A stretch of DNA of 53,181 nt from Catajapyx aquilonaris. Its lineage: Eukaryota. The stretch is from the NCBI GenBank assembly GCA_000934665.2, contig JYFJ02002689.1, positions 1 through 53,181 on the forward strand, written 5' to 3'. Position 1 is the stretch's first letter, and each line of letters begins with the position of its first letter. The notes beneath the pieces are model-generated. The model did not search any database. It was given only the letters and a program-made list of their open reading frames with translations, and had not been told where the DNA came from. The translations under genes and the position numbers were made by a program. This document shows, piece by piece, positions 11,901 through 25,800 of this stretch.

Positions 11901-14900
11901 TCTCCCTCCATTCCATGCAAATAATCTCCCCCCCCCCTCAACTCCTACTCTTTTTCCCCCCTCCCTTTCCCCCTTCTATCCCCCAATGACAAATGTGGCC
12001 GACTCTCAAAGCCAAGGAGGTCTGCTCCAAGCATTGACTTTGAAGGATCTCTGCTTGGCCTCGCAGGAGTTGCACACGTGAATAATTTCGGAGCAAGGTG
12101 AGAATAGATGGCGGCCTTCACTCACCCCTACGCCTCCATATTGCCCATTACAGGTCGCCATGCATGAACCCTTCTTCCATTGCAAATGCGACGGCAAATG
12201 TAATGATCACTGGCATGCAATTGTCCAAACTGTCATTTAACTGTTCATTTTTCAAAAATCATGATCATTTGTTTAGCTTTTATTAGTAACGTAATTTTCA
12301 TTGATCAATCCACAGTGGTGACATTTTATGGACGACATCTAACTGACAGTCTATGAGAGACATCTCTGATGTGGATTTGCGATTGAGGAAGGTATAGGCA
12401 AAGGGTGTGTGGGATGAAGTGAGTTTGCTCGCAATCTGATAAATTCCATCCTCGAACTGCAAGCTGCCAGGGGTTTGCAAGCAGCACAAGCAGCTAAAGC
12501 GACGGCGTTTCCAACTTATTCAGTGTCTGCTTAACATGCAAATGCAGGGAGAGTACTGCCAAATCTGGAGGAAAGGGTGCGGGGGGAAGGGGGTGGACGA
12601 GGAGGGGTAAGGAAAAACGTTGCAAAAGAAATCAACTTGCAGGGCAGAAAATGCCAACAATTTTCGTTCCTTCCCAGGGAATTCGCGGAGATAGAATCAT
12701 GCCTTTTGCGAGTTCCATAATCAACTATGAGTATAAATGTACATAGAAAGACCCGCAGTAAAACGCGGAAAATAAAGTGTATTTTTCTGCCAGGCGCATG
12801 GCAGATAACCATTACACTCTGTTGGAGGGAAAAAAGGAGGGGTTAGTCTTTCTTGCGAAAAAGGGCAGACGCGATAAAAACTGCCCGGATTAATTTTATC
12901 GCAGCCAGAGCAAAACGGGGTCGGATGTAAAACGGATATCTGATGCAAAACCGAAACCGCGCACTGCTGTAGTAAACAACATATTTTTGTCATTGAGTTA
13001 CTAAATCACAGGTGGAGCATGTACTAGGATTTTTTTTACCCATAATATTCGTTTCCCGCTGGATAATTCCACTTGGAATAGCGTCCTTTTTGGAAATGAA
13101 TCATGTTTAACTCGTGCACTTCCCTTTGATCCTCACTCGGAACCATCCCGCCTGTCAGTACAGCACAACCTCGTCATACCCATCACCTGTACATTTTCAA
13201 CCCTTGAAAAGAGTTAGGGGAAATGCGCAAAATTCCCTCCCCCCCTCCCCCTCCGAAATAGGTATCCCAACTATTTCATTTAAATGCCATCTTCTTCCCG
13301 CTTATAAAATGTTAATTGCGAGCTGCAGGTCCACTGATCCCATTTTAACGCCGAATCCGCAATAAATTCCTCATTAAGCCGATAGCCATTGTCATCCTAT
13401 AGACGGGGGAGGGGGAGGGAGAAAAGAGGTTTATCGCCACCGCCACATAATCTCAGATCAGCATAAAAACATGTCGTTTCCCATTATACCAGCAAAATCC
13501 ACCCTTTCGGATCATACCAAAAACGCCATTATTGGAATTATTCGAGACTCGTGCACATATCGTGTTGACTCCAAAAGGTTACCAAACCAACCCCTGGAAG
13601 CAGAAAGAGAAAAGGACCGCTGGGCTGCAGAAATTTGAACATTCATCTCTTGGAGGCAAGTTTAATCCGGTTGGCTAAACGATGGATGCCATTCATCTTC
13701 CGTCGGCAGAAACACTCCCCATCATGCTGACAGATTATTAAATTCTGTCAGCTCGGTCGAAAGAGGCTTTCCTTCCGCTTCTGGGGGCCCCTGGCTGTTG
13801 CCTCCATGGAACCAGCCAGCCGTCCGGCACCACCACCACCACAGTCCACCACACTCTGATTTAAAAAAAGGAACCAGAAGAATCGATTCCACCGCAGGAA
13901 ATATTAGGCCGAAAATCCAGCAACTCATTTGCTGCTAATGGGCACGGATTGTTTCCCAGGTCAAGTCCGGCGGGACTTTGGGTTCATCCAGAAATGAGGA
14001 TCGACTGATCAATCCCTCTCTCTCTCCGCTGGCTCTCTATATATACACTCCTGCGAGAGATTGCTTTTCGCTCCTCTTTTTTTGTCAGTTCCAAGATGGA
14101 CGCTGTTCACGTTTTCAATTGCAGGTGACCTAGTTGGAATTGGCGGCGGTCACCATCATCAGCATCAAAAGCCGACGTCTCTCTCAGGGGGCGGTCGCAA
14201 AACAAACCCCATTTTATGTAAGCAAATTATACCCGCATGATGCTGGGTCAAATTTATTGCTCTGAAAAGGTCGAAGGGTGAAGCCCTTGAAGACGTCTGC
14301 AGCCCACTGCTAATATTGAAGTCATAATACGAGCCCGGCCCCTATTGTTAAATTGCGCCCGTCCATAACTGCCTGAAACGGTATTATTTAAGTAACCTTC
14401 GGACTGTCGCCAAGGAGTTTCCTGGAAACCGGATTATCGATAACATGCACCAGTTAGGAGCAGGGTTGAAGACCAGCAGCTGCTATTACTTCTCCCCTGA
14501 AAATTCCCCCATCTAAAGCCTCAGCAATAAGCCCAGTTGAAGCTCCATGGAGCCCTAATCGGCAGCCTTTGGGCCATATAACCCTACACTACCCCACCCA
14601 CTCCGCCGGACTAATCTCCGTCTGACAGATTTTATTTCAAAGTTAGAAGGGTAGAAGGGAGGGGGGGGGGCTAGCACAGTGTCCCCTAGACTGAGGGGAT
14701 ACTCTTGTAGTCGGTAGTCAAAGCTCGGTTACATATCCTCGGGCGAGAATAATGGGCACAAAGAGTAGGCCCGGGCCTAAAACGGCGGACCGATTTAATA
14801 TTCGGGAGCTCTTGCCTCCCTGGCCAACCCTTACATTGTCTAATTGTCGGAGATTCCTGGAACTGGCTAAACTTTTGTGCAAAAATGGAGTTAGTTTGTA

Positions 14901-16645
14901 GGCCAGAGAGGATGGGGAGGGGGGGGGGATGTTTCGAACACGGATTAATTATGTTCACTTACATTAAGAGAGGGAGTGAGCGATATGGATGACCAGGGAC
15001 ATTGGAAATGAACAAGTTATCAAATATGGCCAAAAGTTGGCGGATGAAACTATACAGCGTAGGAAATTAATAAGTAAAATATTACGGATTTAACAATGAA
15101 TTCAATCAAGAGCAGACTATATGCACAGCGCTTTTAAATTTCTATGCCAGTAAACTTTGAGATTTGTTATGCATTGCTATATAACTTAATATTCTCCACT
15201 TTGGGAATACCTGCCAACCCTGGCCAGGACGTATGGAGCAAAGCTTGATACTGTACGCCTAATGGAAATCTAAATAACCCCAAGCCGCAAATTCTCCAAT
15301 GTACCAAGAGGAGGACAATTCTCAATCACTCCAACAATTACAATATATTTAAATTTAGCGCGCATAAAATATAACGTAATTTCCCCTTTCCATATCGTCC
15401 TACCTGTGCGCTCCCTGTCAACACAGTACACAAAAATGTTTAGGTTCTCCACGATTCATCCTCATGTTTTTGTATTCCACGTTCCACTCTAGGTTCTACT
15501 CATCCGTCAACTTTCCCATGAAAATAATACCAAATTAAATGCTGTGCGAACGCACGAAATCACGAGCTCACATTGCGTAAAGAAGAGGCTCCGTCTAAAA
15601 CATCCGAATTCAACAAATCCTCGCCGCATTTTTTTTATCTCATTATTTTTTTGGTCTGTGCAAAACCACGCCAATCCGAATCAGCGAGCCCACCACATAA
15701 CAAGTAGAGTCGTCCCTTCCCATTAAATATGTCACCGGCCATTCAAGTATCCCTATATAACCCTGAAGTGAACTTGTCTAGGGAAATCATCCTGCAGGAG
15801 CTTCCTGTGAAATTCTGCGTAAACAAGGGGGATCCAAGTGCAGCGGGCGCAAAAACAAATCATTTGTATGGAGACCCACTTGCTCTGTGGACAGCCCGGA
15901 ATCGAAGTATAGCCACCGGGGACCCAACGGATAAGAACCGCAGCTCTCGCTTTCCCTCCGGGATAATAGGTTGTCCATCTGATGAAGCACAGGGGGCTAT
16001 AGAGTCGCCTGCTGGAATGAGTGTTCTTGTAAAAGCATTCAGCCAAACTGCAATCTGCGAAAAAAAAACCTATGCACAAAAAAACGTAATTACATCCTGA
16101 TGCTTATGCACAAATTGCGTCTCCAAAAGATTTATCTTCTCTAAGCACATTTTAATGCAATTGTTGACAAACCTAAATTATTTACGCACAAAAATTTAAG
16201 ACCGGTTCGTAAAATGGCCCCGGGTGAATTCTATCGAGGTTTGCAATTATTAATCAGAACGGACTCTTGAGCAGCCCCAGTATGGTTAGGAAGTCACGTC
16301 CAGTGGTTATTGTCAGTTATCGGTTTCCTGAATAGGTGAGCCAGGGTGACGTCACAAAAGCAACAACGCGGCCGAAAATCGAACGTGTTTTGGGACCCGC
16401 CAATTCACGTTTTGGCTGCCAGTTCCGCTGGATCTGTGCCGCCAGTGTAATGACCTGGGGCACGACTTGGGGTCAAATCCGTGCCTCAGGGTCGCCCATA
16501 GCAGGCTGGTACTGTACTGTACCAGCAGCAGGAACACAATATATTAGTATAATTATGTCCTTTCTCAATACCAACAACAATCTCTGCCAACAGTGCCAAC
16601 TGACCAAGTGTCATGGTAAGAGTGGGTAACAATATGAAAAACCAT

Positions 16646-16823
16646 TTGGGGCATTTATACTCCAAAAATTGAGGTGTTTGGACTTTTCCTGGACTCACGT
16701 CAGTGACGCGTAGGACATGTTTGTGGCCAGTTATTTGGCCGCTCTCGGAACTCGGAAGTGGGTTAAGTATAGGGGTGACATACAAACCCCAAAATCAACA
16801 AACTCTGCTTTATAATAAGAGAT
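16646..16823 (+). mobile_element. Possible non-autonomous Helitron/Helentron-like remnant
   Basis: Ends in ACATACAAAC...ACAAACTCTGCTTTATAATAAGAGAT, resembling the short-repeat plus TTTATAATA..AGAT ends of such arthropod elements. A similar-style end is at 63-99 (ACAGACATAC...TATTAGATTATAGA). Resemblance only. Confidence 0.25.
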
Positions 16824-19800
16824 GCCCTGCAGGTTTCTAGCAACCGTGACATTTTATTGCTTTTGCCTTCCAGTGCAGTTTTTTTTTCGCGGTGTTTCTC
16901 CGCTCAGCTCCAGCCAATTGCGATAAATAAGAGATAACGGGCGTACATAACAGCAGCCAATATGTTAAACTCATGGTCACTGGGCTCGTAATTATTCCGC
17001 AAATACGTTGGCATTCCACCGACACCAGTGTTGGCAGATTTAATCGATCTGATGTCGCTGGTTGGAATGTGGTGAGAGGAAAATGAAAGTTATTTGGGTT
17101 ATGATCCGACGACAGCCGTAATTTTTAGCAGGTGTGTCCAGGGTATTCTGACGATGCGCAGAATAAGTAAAAAATAATTGGTGGAATTGTCTGCTTTTTT
17201 GTGTGTGCACTCTGCATTATATTCAAAACTCGTAACTTTGACTGTTGCATTCTGATTAATTTGTCCGTGTAGTACTATATTCTGTTAGACTTTTTTAAAA
17301 AGTGAACTGTCCCTATGCTTCGGGCGAGTTGGAAAAAAACAGGGCCAGGCTCCATATATTTTGGGAGCCCGCAACACGAGTAATTCTAATCATGCCAAGA
17401 GGCAAAAAAATGCGTTTGGCGCAATTACCGCCCTATTCTCTTACAAAGGTCCTTTCATTACCCATCCTAATTTGTAATAACATTAATCAAGCACGTAGGA
17501 TCCGGTAGACTATCAAACACTATCAACTCTACAGTGCGATGTAGTTTTAAAATAGTTGCTCTCGCGTGAAGCTCCCGAATTGTATAGGCTAATTGTGTCG
17601 TGTGTTCTGATAACAAATATTCTCTTTCGAAACTATTCAGGACATCGCATCTATTCGTGCACTGTGCTAATTAGTAAAAAAATATGCCACGAAGAATTTT
17701 CCGCCACACTGCACTCCAACCATTGTTATTTCAGTGTAATAAACTCTTTGTAATTTTAAAAATTCGTTCGGGAGTCCTCAAGGCTCATTTTTCATTTATG
17801 GCGCATTGTTATTAATACGGCCTGCCCGTACGTATTCAAATTTCGACATGTTAACGATTTTTTTCTCAAATATGAGGCTGGCAGTTACGACAGTAATTAT
17901 GACAGTATAAAATACTGTCAGATGATATTTGTCAATTACGTGTATTATTCGCATGACAAACAATATCAGTACATTATCCAATAATGAGGGCATTAAACAG
18001 CAACGGGAAAACAAATAAAGGTCAAATGCATTACACACATTACCGTGAAATAGATAATAATCAGAAAATTTGCACGAAAGAATTTACAAAATCTAGAATT
18101 CACAAATAATGCAGACCGATACCTTCCAGACGACCAAGATTTTGCAAAATTTGCTGCCATTTTGTCCATGACCCAATTTTTAAAGCGACCAATGAAATAT
18201 TAATATGAACAATATTACTGCCCTGATGCAATATTGAACATTTTTCCGAACAATTCTTTCGATTCCAATTTCCTCATTTCTCCAAACCAGCCTCACGTGT
18301 TTACATCTCTTATACAGTAGGCTAATGTAAGAAAAGCAAAACCCCGGAAATTAACTTTTGACAGCAGCACGATCCTCATGGGGTTAAAAATTACAGCCCG
18401 ATGAGTCCACCCTGGGCCCTCGGACTTTTTTGACGCGAAATGATTCTATAATTAGGGGTAGATAGAGCTATTTATCCTGAAAAGTGGCCCAGCCCAGAAA
18501 TAGTTCGCGTGATTGGCAGGGCAGACGAGTTTGCCCTCCGCCGAATGTTGCCAGCGGTCGACAAGATCAGGGGGGGAAAAAAGAAAAAGAAAAAAAAACC
18601 GGGGCCCAAGTACAAAGGGGGGTGGTTTATGTCAGCGCTTGGAACCACGGACGGTGATGGATTCGGCCCATATTTCCCCTGCGATAATGGAGAAAGAAAG
18701 CGGCATTTCGATCGCGACCGAAGATAAGTCCACTCCATCCCGGTTATTGATACCATCGGGTGAGGCCACAACTTTTATCCCCACCCCACCAAGAATATAT
18801 TTTTTTCGATCCGAAATTTTTGGCTTCCAAAACCCAGCACAAGCCAACATTGACCTGTAATCATTTTATATAGATACGCTTGTTTATTCCACGCAAATTT
18901 GTTTCCTCCCCGTTCAAGTGTTAAATTGACGTCAACCGAACAACACCGGTATGAGTAGTTGGTAGTTTGTTTTCAATGCCTAGGATTGATGCTTGACACC
19001 AACCGCAATTCACCCCGGACCACGGTCCATGAGAAATGGAAATTGGTGGTCCGTCCTAGCTTTTTCGGACAGCACTGCAAAGTGCTTTATGCATGCCAGT
19101 AAACGCTAATTGTGNGGGGGGTGCTGTGTCCTGTCTCAACACCTTACAAAAAAAAAACCATTGCATGCATTGGAAATGAGAGGATCGCTTCCAAGTGGTG
19201 ATAAGGGGGTAGGAGGGGAAATCAATAAACCGATAATGACTGCGGATATTGTAGGTGCAATAAGCATCCGCACGAGGCGCTGCCACTTTATCTGCGACTC
19301 GCCCAGCTCCAATCAACGACAACGGATTTCATTTTCGACTCCGCTCTCTGCCTTTCTCTATATTCCACTTCTTTTTTTTTCTTCCTTTCTAGCCCTCTAT
19401 ATAACCCCCTCCTGCTGTCGCAACGAGCGAGTCGAAATGCTCAATGCAGATCCCGGAGATGTTTCGGCGCACACAAAGGGGGGGTCTCAAGTTCGGTTCT
19501 CAATGGGTCGGATAACTTTATCCGATCCAGTCACTTTATTGGACATCTCTTTACACATTCCAGCTGCGCAGCAACAGGCATCGCAGATCATTTACCTTAA
19601 TGAACTGCGATGAGCATTCATTCCAATATAAAAAGGAGGACGGGGGCTCTGTCAGCTAATTCCATTCATATTAGATGCTGACATCGTAATAATTTCTGTT
19701 GTATGCTGACATGTTGGCGTTCGCCAATTATCCGTCTTGCTCAATTACAACCGATTTTTTTTTTCGTTTGTGTCCCTTTCCTATAAGAAGCTGCACATTT

Positions 19801-21290
19801 CTCATAAACGAATCTTGAAGCCCACAGCGCAATATTGAGCGCAATACAAACGAGGAAAATCCCTAAACGTCTTGTGATATAAAGGCGAATAAGAGCATAT
19901 CGGCAAAAAAAAAGAAGAAATAGCGGTCGTTTTGTTGGAAGAAGCTCTCCTTCGGGTGCTCGATTCAGCGTCACCTTTTCTGGGAGCAGGTCGCCTGGAA
20001 ACGATTACAATAACTTCAAACGATATCGAGAGTGGCAGCAATAGATGTGATAGCTTTTGGAGCTATCCCAAAAATGATCCTGGCGGTGTATAAAGGCTCC
20101 CTCGGCTGCCATGCTTGCACTGTAAGGTTTTTACAGTACAAACTAATGCCACTCTCTGACACAGAGCATAGACCCTGCCAAATCCATATCTTCCTCCCCC
20201 GAAATATGAAAATGGCATACCAATAGCATAATCTCGCGAATATTATATATACACAAGCCCTCGGGGGATGAAAAAAATTGCAATTTACTGAATACGGCAC
20301 AGGCATAAATAAGGAGGAACAAAGAACAGAACGACCCCGAGGACATTTTATAACTTTTATTCCCAACTCCACTCGGTAAGCAATTTCGAAACTGAGGAAT
20401 TACTATTGAAATAGGCCTCGAGCCAAATCTCCAAACAGAATCTGTTCTCAAAAAATGTACTCAGTATCAATTGCAACTTTACAGCGCCATGGAGGTAAAA
20501 AGTAGAAAGAAAGAGAGAGAAAAAAATCCCAATTTGAAAGGACAAACAGGTCTGACTGAAATGTAATGCACGAAAAGCCTTAACCTCCCAGCACCCCCAA
20601 CCAGAATAATGGCATTGACTGCTTCCTCCCCGTCATTAGCCATCGAACCGGCCTTCTCCATCTCCTTGCTGATGGCAGTTCTCGGAAGAAAAGGATTTTG
20701 GGGATTTTGGACTCGCTCGAATGGCGTGAGGACGTATAGGGATAAGGCCGATGAAGAAAAGAAGGAATAGGAAAAAGGAGAAGGAAAAAAAAGTGAGGAG
20801 CCAAACGATGAATTATGTCCTGTGGGACTGGATCATCACGAAAAACGGAGGGGATTGCCAAGTAGTCTGAACCACGCGAGAGATAATCTTCAGGCTTGGC
20901 CTGTATAATAGTCGGATCAACTTTTGACTTTGAAAAAGGGCATCATTTTTATACCGAAGGAGGTGCTTTGCTATTTCCTGGCCCATCGTTTCACCTTCCA
21001 CGTGACTAATCTAACAAAGTACTCGTACATTTTCAACCCCCCCCAACTTGCTGATACTCACTGGATTGAAAACACTCAACAGTGGTAGTATCGAGACCCA
21101 AATCCCTGCAAAATCCAACGTGTTCCTCCCATGTAAAAACATGAGGATCGACAAAGAGCAGCAACCTTTTCGCTCGTGAAAACACGTATTGCCTATGGAT
21201 AAGAAGCCAGACTGGAATATAACTCGGGACCATCAGAGCCAGGCAACCTCTGGCCTCCATTTTAATGCATACACGATACAACTAGGATGG

Positions 21291-21292
<2 letters not shown>

Positions 21293-21350
<58 letters not shown>

Positions 21351-21359
21351 GTGTGTGTG
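21293..21359. repeat. (TC)n microsatellite followed by a short (GT)n
   Basis: Direct reading of the sequence. Confidence 0.95.
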
Positions 21360-22645
21360 CAACAAGGGCCCCCTAGGCTGCTGGAAGCGTAGAGATAAAC
21401 CCAAATCCCGATCTGGATGGTCGCTCTCCATTATCGCGCAGTCTTTCAAGCTTTAATGGGTTATAGACCTATGCCCATTACATCCCCACGTACGACTCAG
21501 CACTGCATGGATAAGCATGCGCAACAGGTCCACCAGGTTACTTTCAGTAGGTCAAAGGTCAAAAATATTTTGTCCCTTCTCCTCCTGAGCTCACTTTCTC
21601 ATCATGCATGGATGCAGCATTAATCATGATGGCGGATTCCTCGGGCGTCGCTTTGTGGTCAAGCGCAAGAAATGCGCACCTATCTCACCTCCCCCCTTCC
21701 GCCCATCCCCACCGGCGGTTTATCGCATAAGCAGCTTGTGGATCGTACATTCCAAAAGGCCTGCGGTTCCCTACATCATTCGCTGCCTGCGAATATCGCA
21801 GGATGCGAATGGAATTCTAATCGCCTCCGAGGCCAGGTCGCACCAGCCAGCCAAGCCAAGCCAGGAAAGGGCGATAGCTAAGGGAGAATTGGACGTTGGT
21901 TTGGAGTTGGGCTTGGTTTCATCATTTCCCTACTAATGGAAACGCGGTGCCAACACAGCTGGCAATAGAAAGAACGGCTGGCCATATAGAGACCTTTGCT
22001 ATGATTCAAACATGAACAGTATTATGCTGCAAAACGTCGTCGACGCAACTTGTCCCCATACACATCAGGCCAACTGTTATTTCGTGCATTTTCTCACGGC
22101 CAGTCGTTTCCCAAATTTTACACAAATAATGCATTGTGGCCCTGCCTGAGGCGCAAGCTCCAATATTTTTGTTGACTACAGTACTACACATACTGTACCT
22201 AGAAAGTCAGATGGTTAATCTCGCTTTGCTCCTCTCTGAAAAAAAGGTATCTCTCTCGTCGGCCGTACGACCAGACAATTTTTCATCACGCAAAAAGTGA
22301 TAAAGTAACGTGATAGTCCCAAGAGTTTGTAAGGGGGGGATGGAGGGAGGGGAATCCGCATCCGCCTCACGTCCGCCAAGGCAGAAAACTCAAACTTTTG
22401 GTACCTTGGTTCAGGGCACCAGGGACAGTCGGACATTCACTTTTACTGTCTGCCAGATTGGAATGAGAGCCTGGGAACACAGAAGCTGCCAGTTCAATAA
22501 AATGATCTCACAACATACGGGGAAGAGCCCAGTATTGAGTCGGAAAATTACTGCTGTCTAAGCAAAAGGACACAAAAGTGCAAGTTGCGCGATAAAAATA
22601 GGGTCGTTAACGCAAAGATGCAGAGTAATAATTACTCTGAATCTG

Positions 22646-22833
22646 AAAAATTCAAATATGTGCATGTCCCAATAATGAAAATTGAATATTTTTCATGATT
22701 TATGTCGAGTGCATGCAACTCAGCAATTAGACACCAATAATTGGTGTCTAATTGCTGAGTTGCATGCACTCGACATAAATCATGAAAAATATTCAACTTT
22801 CACTTACTGTGATATGCACATATTTGAATTTTT
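22646..22833. repeat. Long palindrome: perfect 57-bp arms around a single central base, with imperfect outer arms
   Basis: 22682-22738 is the exact reverse complement of 22740-22796, with centre A at 22739. Outer arms AAAAATTCAAATATGTGCAT (from 22646) and ATGCACATATTTGAATTTTT (to 22833) also pair, with several mismatches between the inner and outer arms. Confidence 0.95.
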
Positions 22834-25800
22834 TACCAAGGCAATTTAAAATTATTTGAAACTTTTCTGAAGTTGATACAACCGGGCTTTATCAAAGTAG
22901 CATTTTTAACAAGTTAGTTATGCACATTACAGTGCAGTACGGTTGTCTGAGTACTGACTTTACACTGAAATCAAAATCCTGTAAAAGCCAGCCTGACTTT
23001 CTTTAGGCAAGAAAGAGTTCAAAATTCAAAAACGTAGTAAGGGTACAAAAGTTCCCATTCTAAAAGTGCTCATTGATGCGTTAAAAAAGGCAACACACCA
23101 CTCCTTTTTTTTCCTTTGCTTATAGTCGCTGCGGTCCTATCCTTTAATATTGATGACAGGGCAGTCGCCTTTTTTATGTCCTACATGTAAATGCTTTCAG
23201 GAGGTCATGCAGAGAGGGAATAAAAGACTAGGAGACTTTTCGGAATGGAATTTCTCCGCCCGCTTGCACCGCACGTATAGTCTTAAGGAAATGCTCTCTT
23301 GTTCCGAGCAGGAAGCGTGGGAAGAACGATTCTCTTCCGAAAATGCCCCAAGTCTCTCTGAAAGGGAGATACGTCGGGGAGAAACTACGGGGGTAGGCAG
23401 CAAGGGAAAGGAGATTGGGCTCATTGTCCGAGTTACCTTTTATCACTGCTCCATGCTATGAGAAGTGCTGGCGAAGGACGAAGAAGAAGAAGAAGAAGCC
23501 AAAGTAGCTTTCTAGGCGCGAAGGTCTCTCCCCCACTTTCAGACTTATGGCTTTTACGCAGAGTAAGAAATAAAATTGAGATGAAAAGGCACACCTGCTG
23601 GAGCTGCCCTAAAACCCTCTTAGGAGTATGGTGTAGTGCACAAGTCCACAGTTCAACAATACTGGAGAGGAGGCATGAATAGTTTACGTCATCAGCTCTC
23701 ATAATATTTGAATTATCACTTGCAATGGCATCAACCCTATAAGTGAACATGTTCTCCATATTGACCAATGTAAGGACATTTTCCGTCAAATTTGTGAAAA
23801 CATCTAATATTATTTAGAGATAAGAAACGCTGAGTTTCCTTCATTAAAACTGATTGCTGGAATTAACAACCTGCAATGCCTTCACCTATATTAAAGTTTG
23901 AAAAAATGTTCCATCGTGCGTGTCCTTCGCTCTCTTTTCCCCCATTTTCCAAGGCACGATAATTGAAAAGACCAATACAGCCCGCGTCCACGAATTAATA
24001 AGCCCCGAGGAAAAGCTCCAACCAAGTCCCCCCTGATTAGCAAGAATCGGGCGCGAAACAATTTGCTCCTTTTCCCTCTGCCCTTTGGCATCCAAATGCA
24101 CCAAAATCCAACTTTGCACTCTAAGTTTTCAGCTCTCCCATCTTACCACCCTCCTCTTTCTTTTTCTTGAACCCCCAAAATATCTTCCCGCAGGCCCTGA
24201 GGCCTTGAACTAATGGTAAGAAGTGGTCACCCTTTCACCTGATGGTTTCTTTGCTTTATTTATGTGCGCGGCAAAAAATAGCAGACACAATTTCGCAATC
24301 TGCCTGCCTTAAAATTGGCAATCCTGCTGCCAAGCGCTGGCTTGAAACTTTCCCATCCCCAGGGCCAATCTGCCTTCTAATTAAAAGTTATCAGGCGTCA
24401 TTGGCAGCACCTGCTCTCTGTCCATCCAAGTTGGAGGCCCCCAGATTTTCCCAGGGCCTCGGCGGTTTTGATGGCTCACTCCCAGAGGTTTGAGCCTCTG
24501 TCTTCCCCTGCGAAACGCGCCCCCTGGATTTATAGCCAATTCAAGAAAAGCATGGTTGCAGGCGTCACAACTGTCTACAAGGACACTGTATATATAAAAA
24601 GAGCCAGCAGCAGTCCCAGAGTATTCCTCCAGCAAAAGGCTCGCTCTCATCGCGAGAATCCGAACTGCTCTGGAGTTACAGATCAATATTTTCCTCATCA
24701 GAGGAGCACAGGGCTTGATGTGTGACCTATCCACTTTGGTGACTTGGATAATTAATAAGAAAGTAGGCTAGGAAGCTTCAAATGCAATGCAAAAAAAAGA
24801 GTGTGTGTTATCGCTCGTTGCAGGCAACTGCAGGGGTTCGATAGGTACAGTAATTGAAAGTTCTAATAGGTCAATAATAAAATATTAATTCAGCTTTGCT
24901 TGTCCATGGGCTGAATTGCTATCGGGCACCTATTTTCTGGCCGATTTTTCCGAACTAGGATTTATAGACTTCAGCGGGCCAAATTTCGAATGCAATTATA
25001 ATAGCCGTATTTTATCTCACGACAACAGGAATGCGCCGAGGCAATTACAAAAAAAAATAGAGGACAGTTTCCTACTTGAGAGTAAACCCATTTAATTTCT
25101 AGGGAGTTTTTCCATCAAAATATTTCGAAAATCGTCTTAGCGATATTCAAATTGATACATCGCTTTTTCGATATGGTCGATTACAGCTTTTGATATCAAT
25201 ATTTTTTGCTTTGGATTTGTCGCCAGAAAATCGATGTCTGTGCCACTCTGTATTTACAAACATGGTATTGCATGCGCAGGTGATTAGGTGTTAGAATAGA
25301 TTCGGGATTAGTGTCCTTGTTTTCGTTACCAATTGAGAGCCGAACGCTGTAATGACAGCCTGAATGTAGTAGCTCTGGACATAATGCACTTAACCGCACA
25401 GGCTGACTGGTAGTATAATGTTGTTTATTCAGTGTCAATTTAAATATACGTCCAGTTCGTAGATCACTGGCGTCCAGAATATGCTGCGGATTTGGGTGGA
25501 AAATGAAATACACGGCGCGTAATAGGTGTCAATTGCCCACAATTAATAGATGGAGCCCGGGATATGTGCGTGTATAGTCATGCTGGCAGATGATGGATAA
25601 TTCGGTTAACGCGCTTTGTGTGTGTCTGTGTGCGGAAAACTGTTTCCGTGCACAATACACGGCAATTTAGTCGACCCTCCCCGTCAGAGGTAAACCTGAA
25701 CGCAACTAAAAGTGTGGAAGCTCGTTTTTAGTGCACCCCAGTTCCAGCATTGTTTATCGCGTTAAACAATAAACATGCTTGCACGCCCAAAATTTCATCC

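Noticed and set aside
19115..19115. Single N next to a G run (also at 47632)
   Set aside because: Sequencing or assembly ambiguity at homopolymers, not biology.
24589..24601. TATA-like boxes (also near 14038, 15754 and 19397)
   Set aside because: No correctly spaced initiator or downstream gene could be shown; expected by chance.
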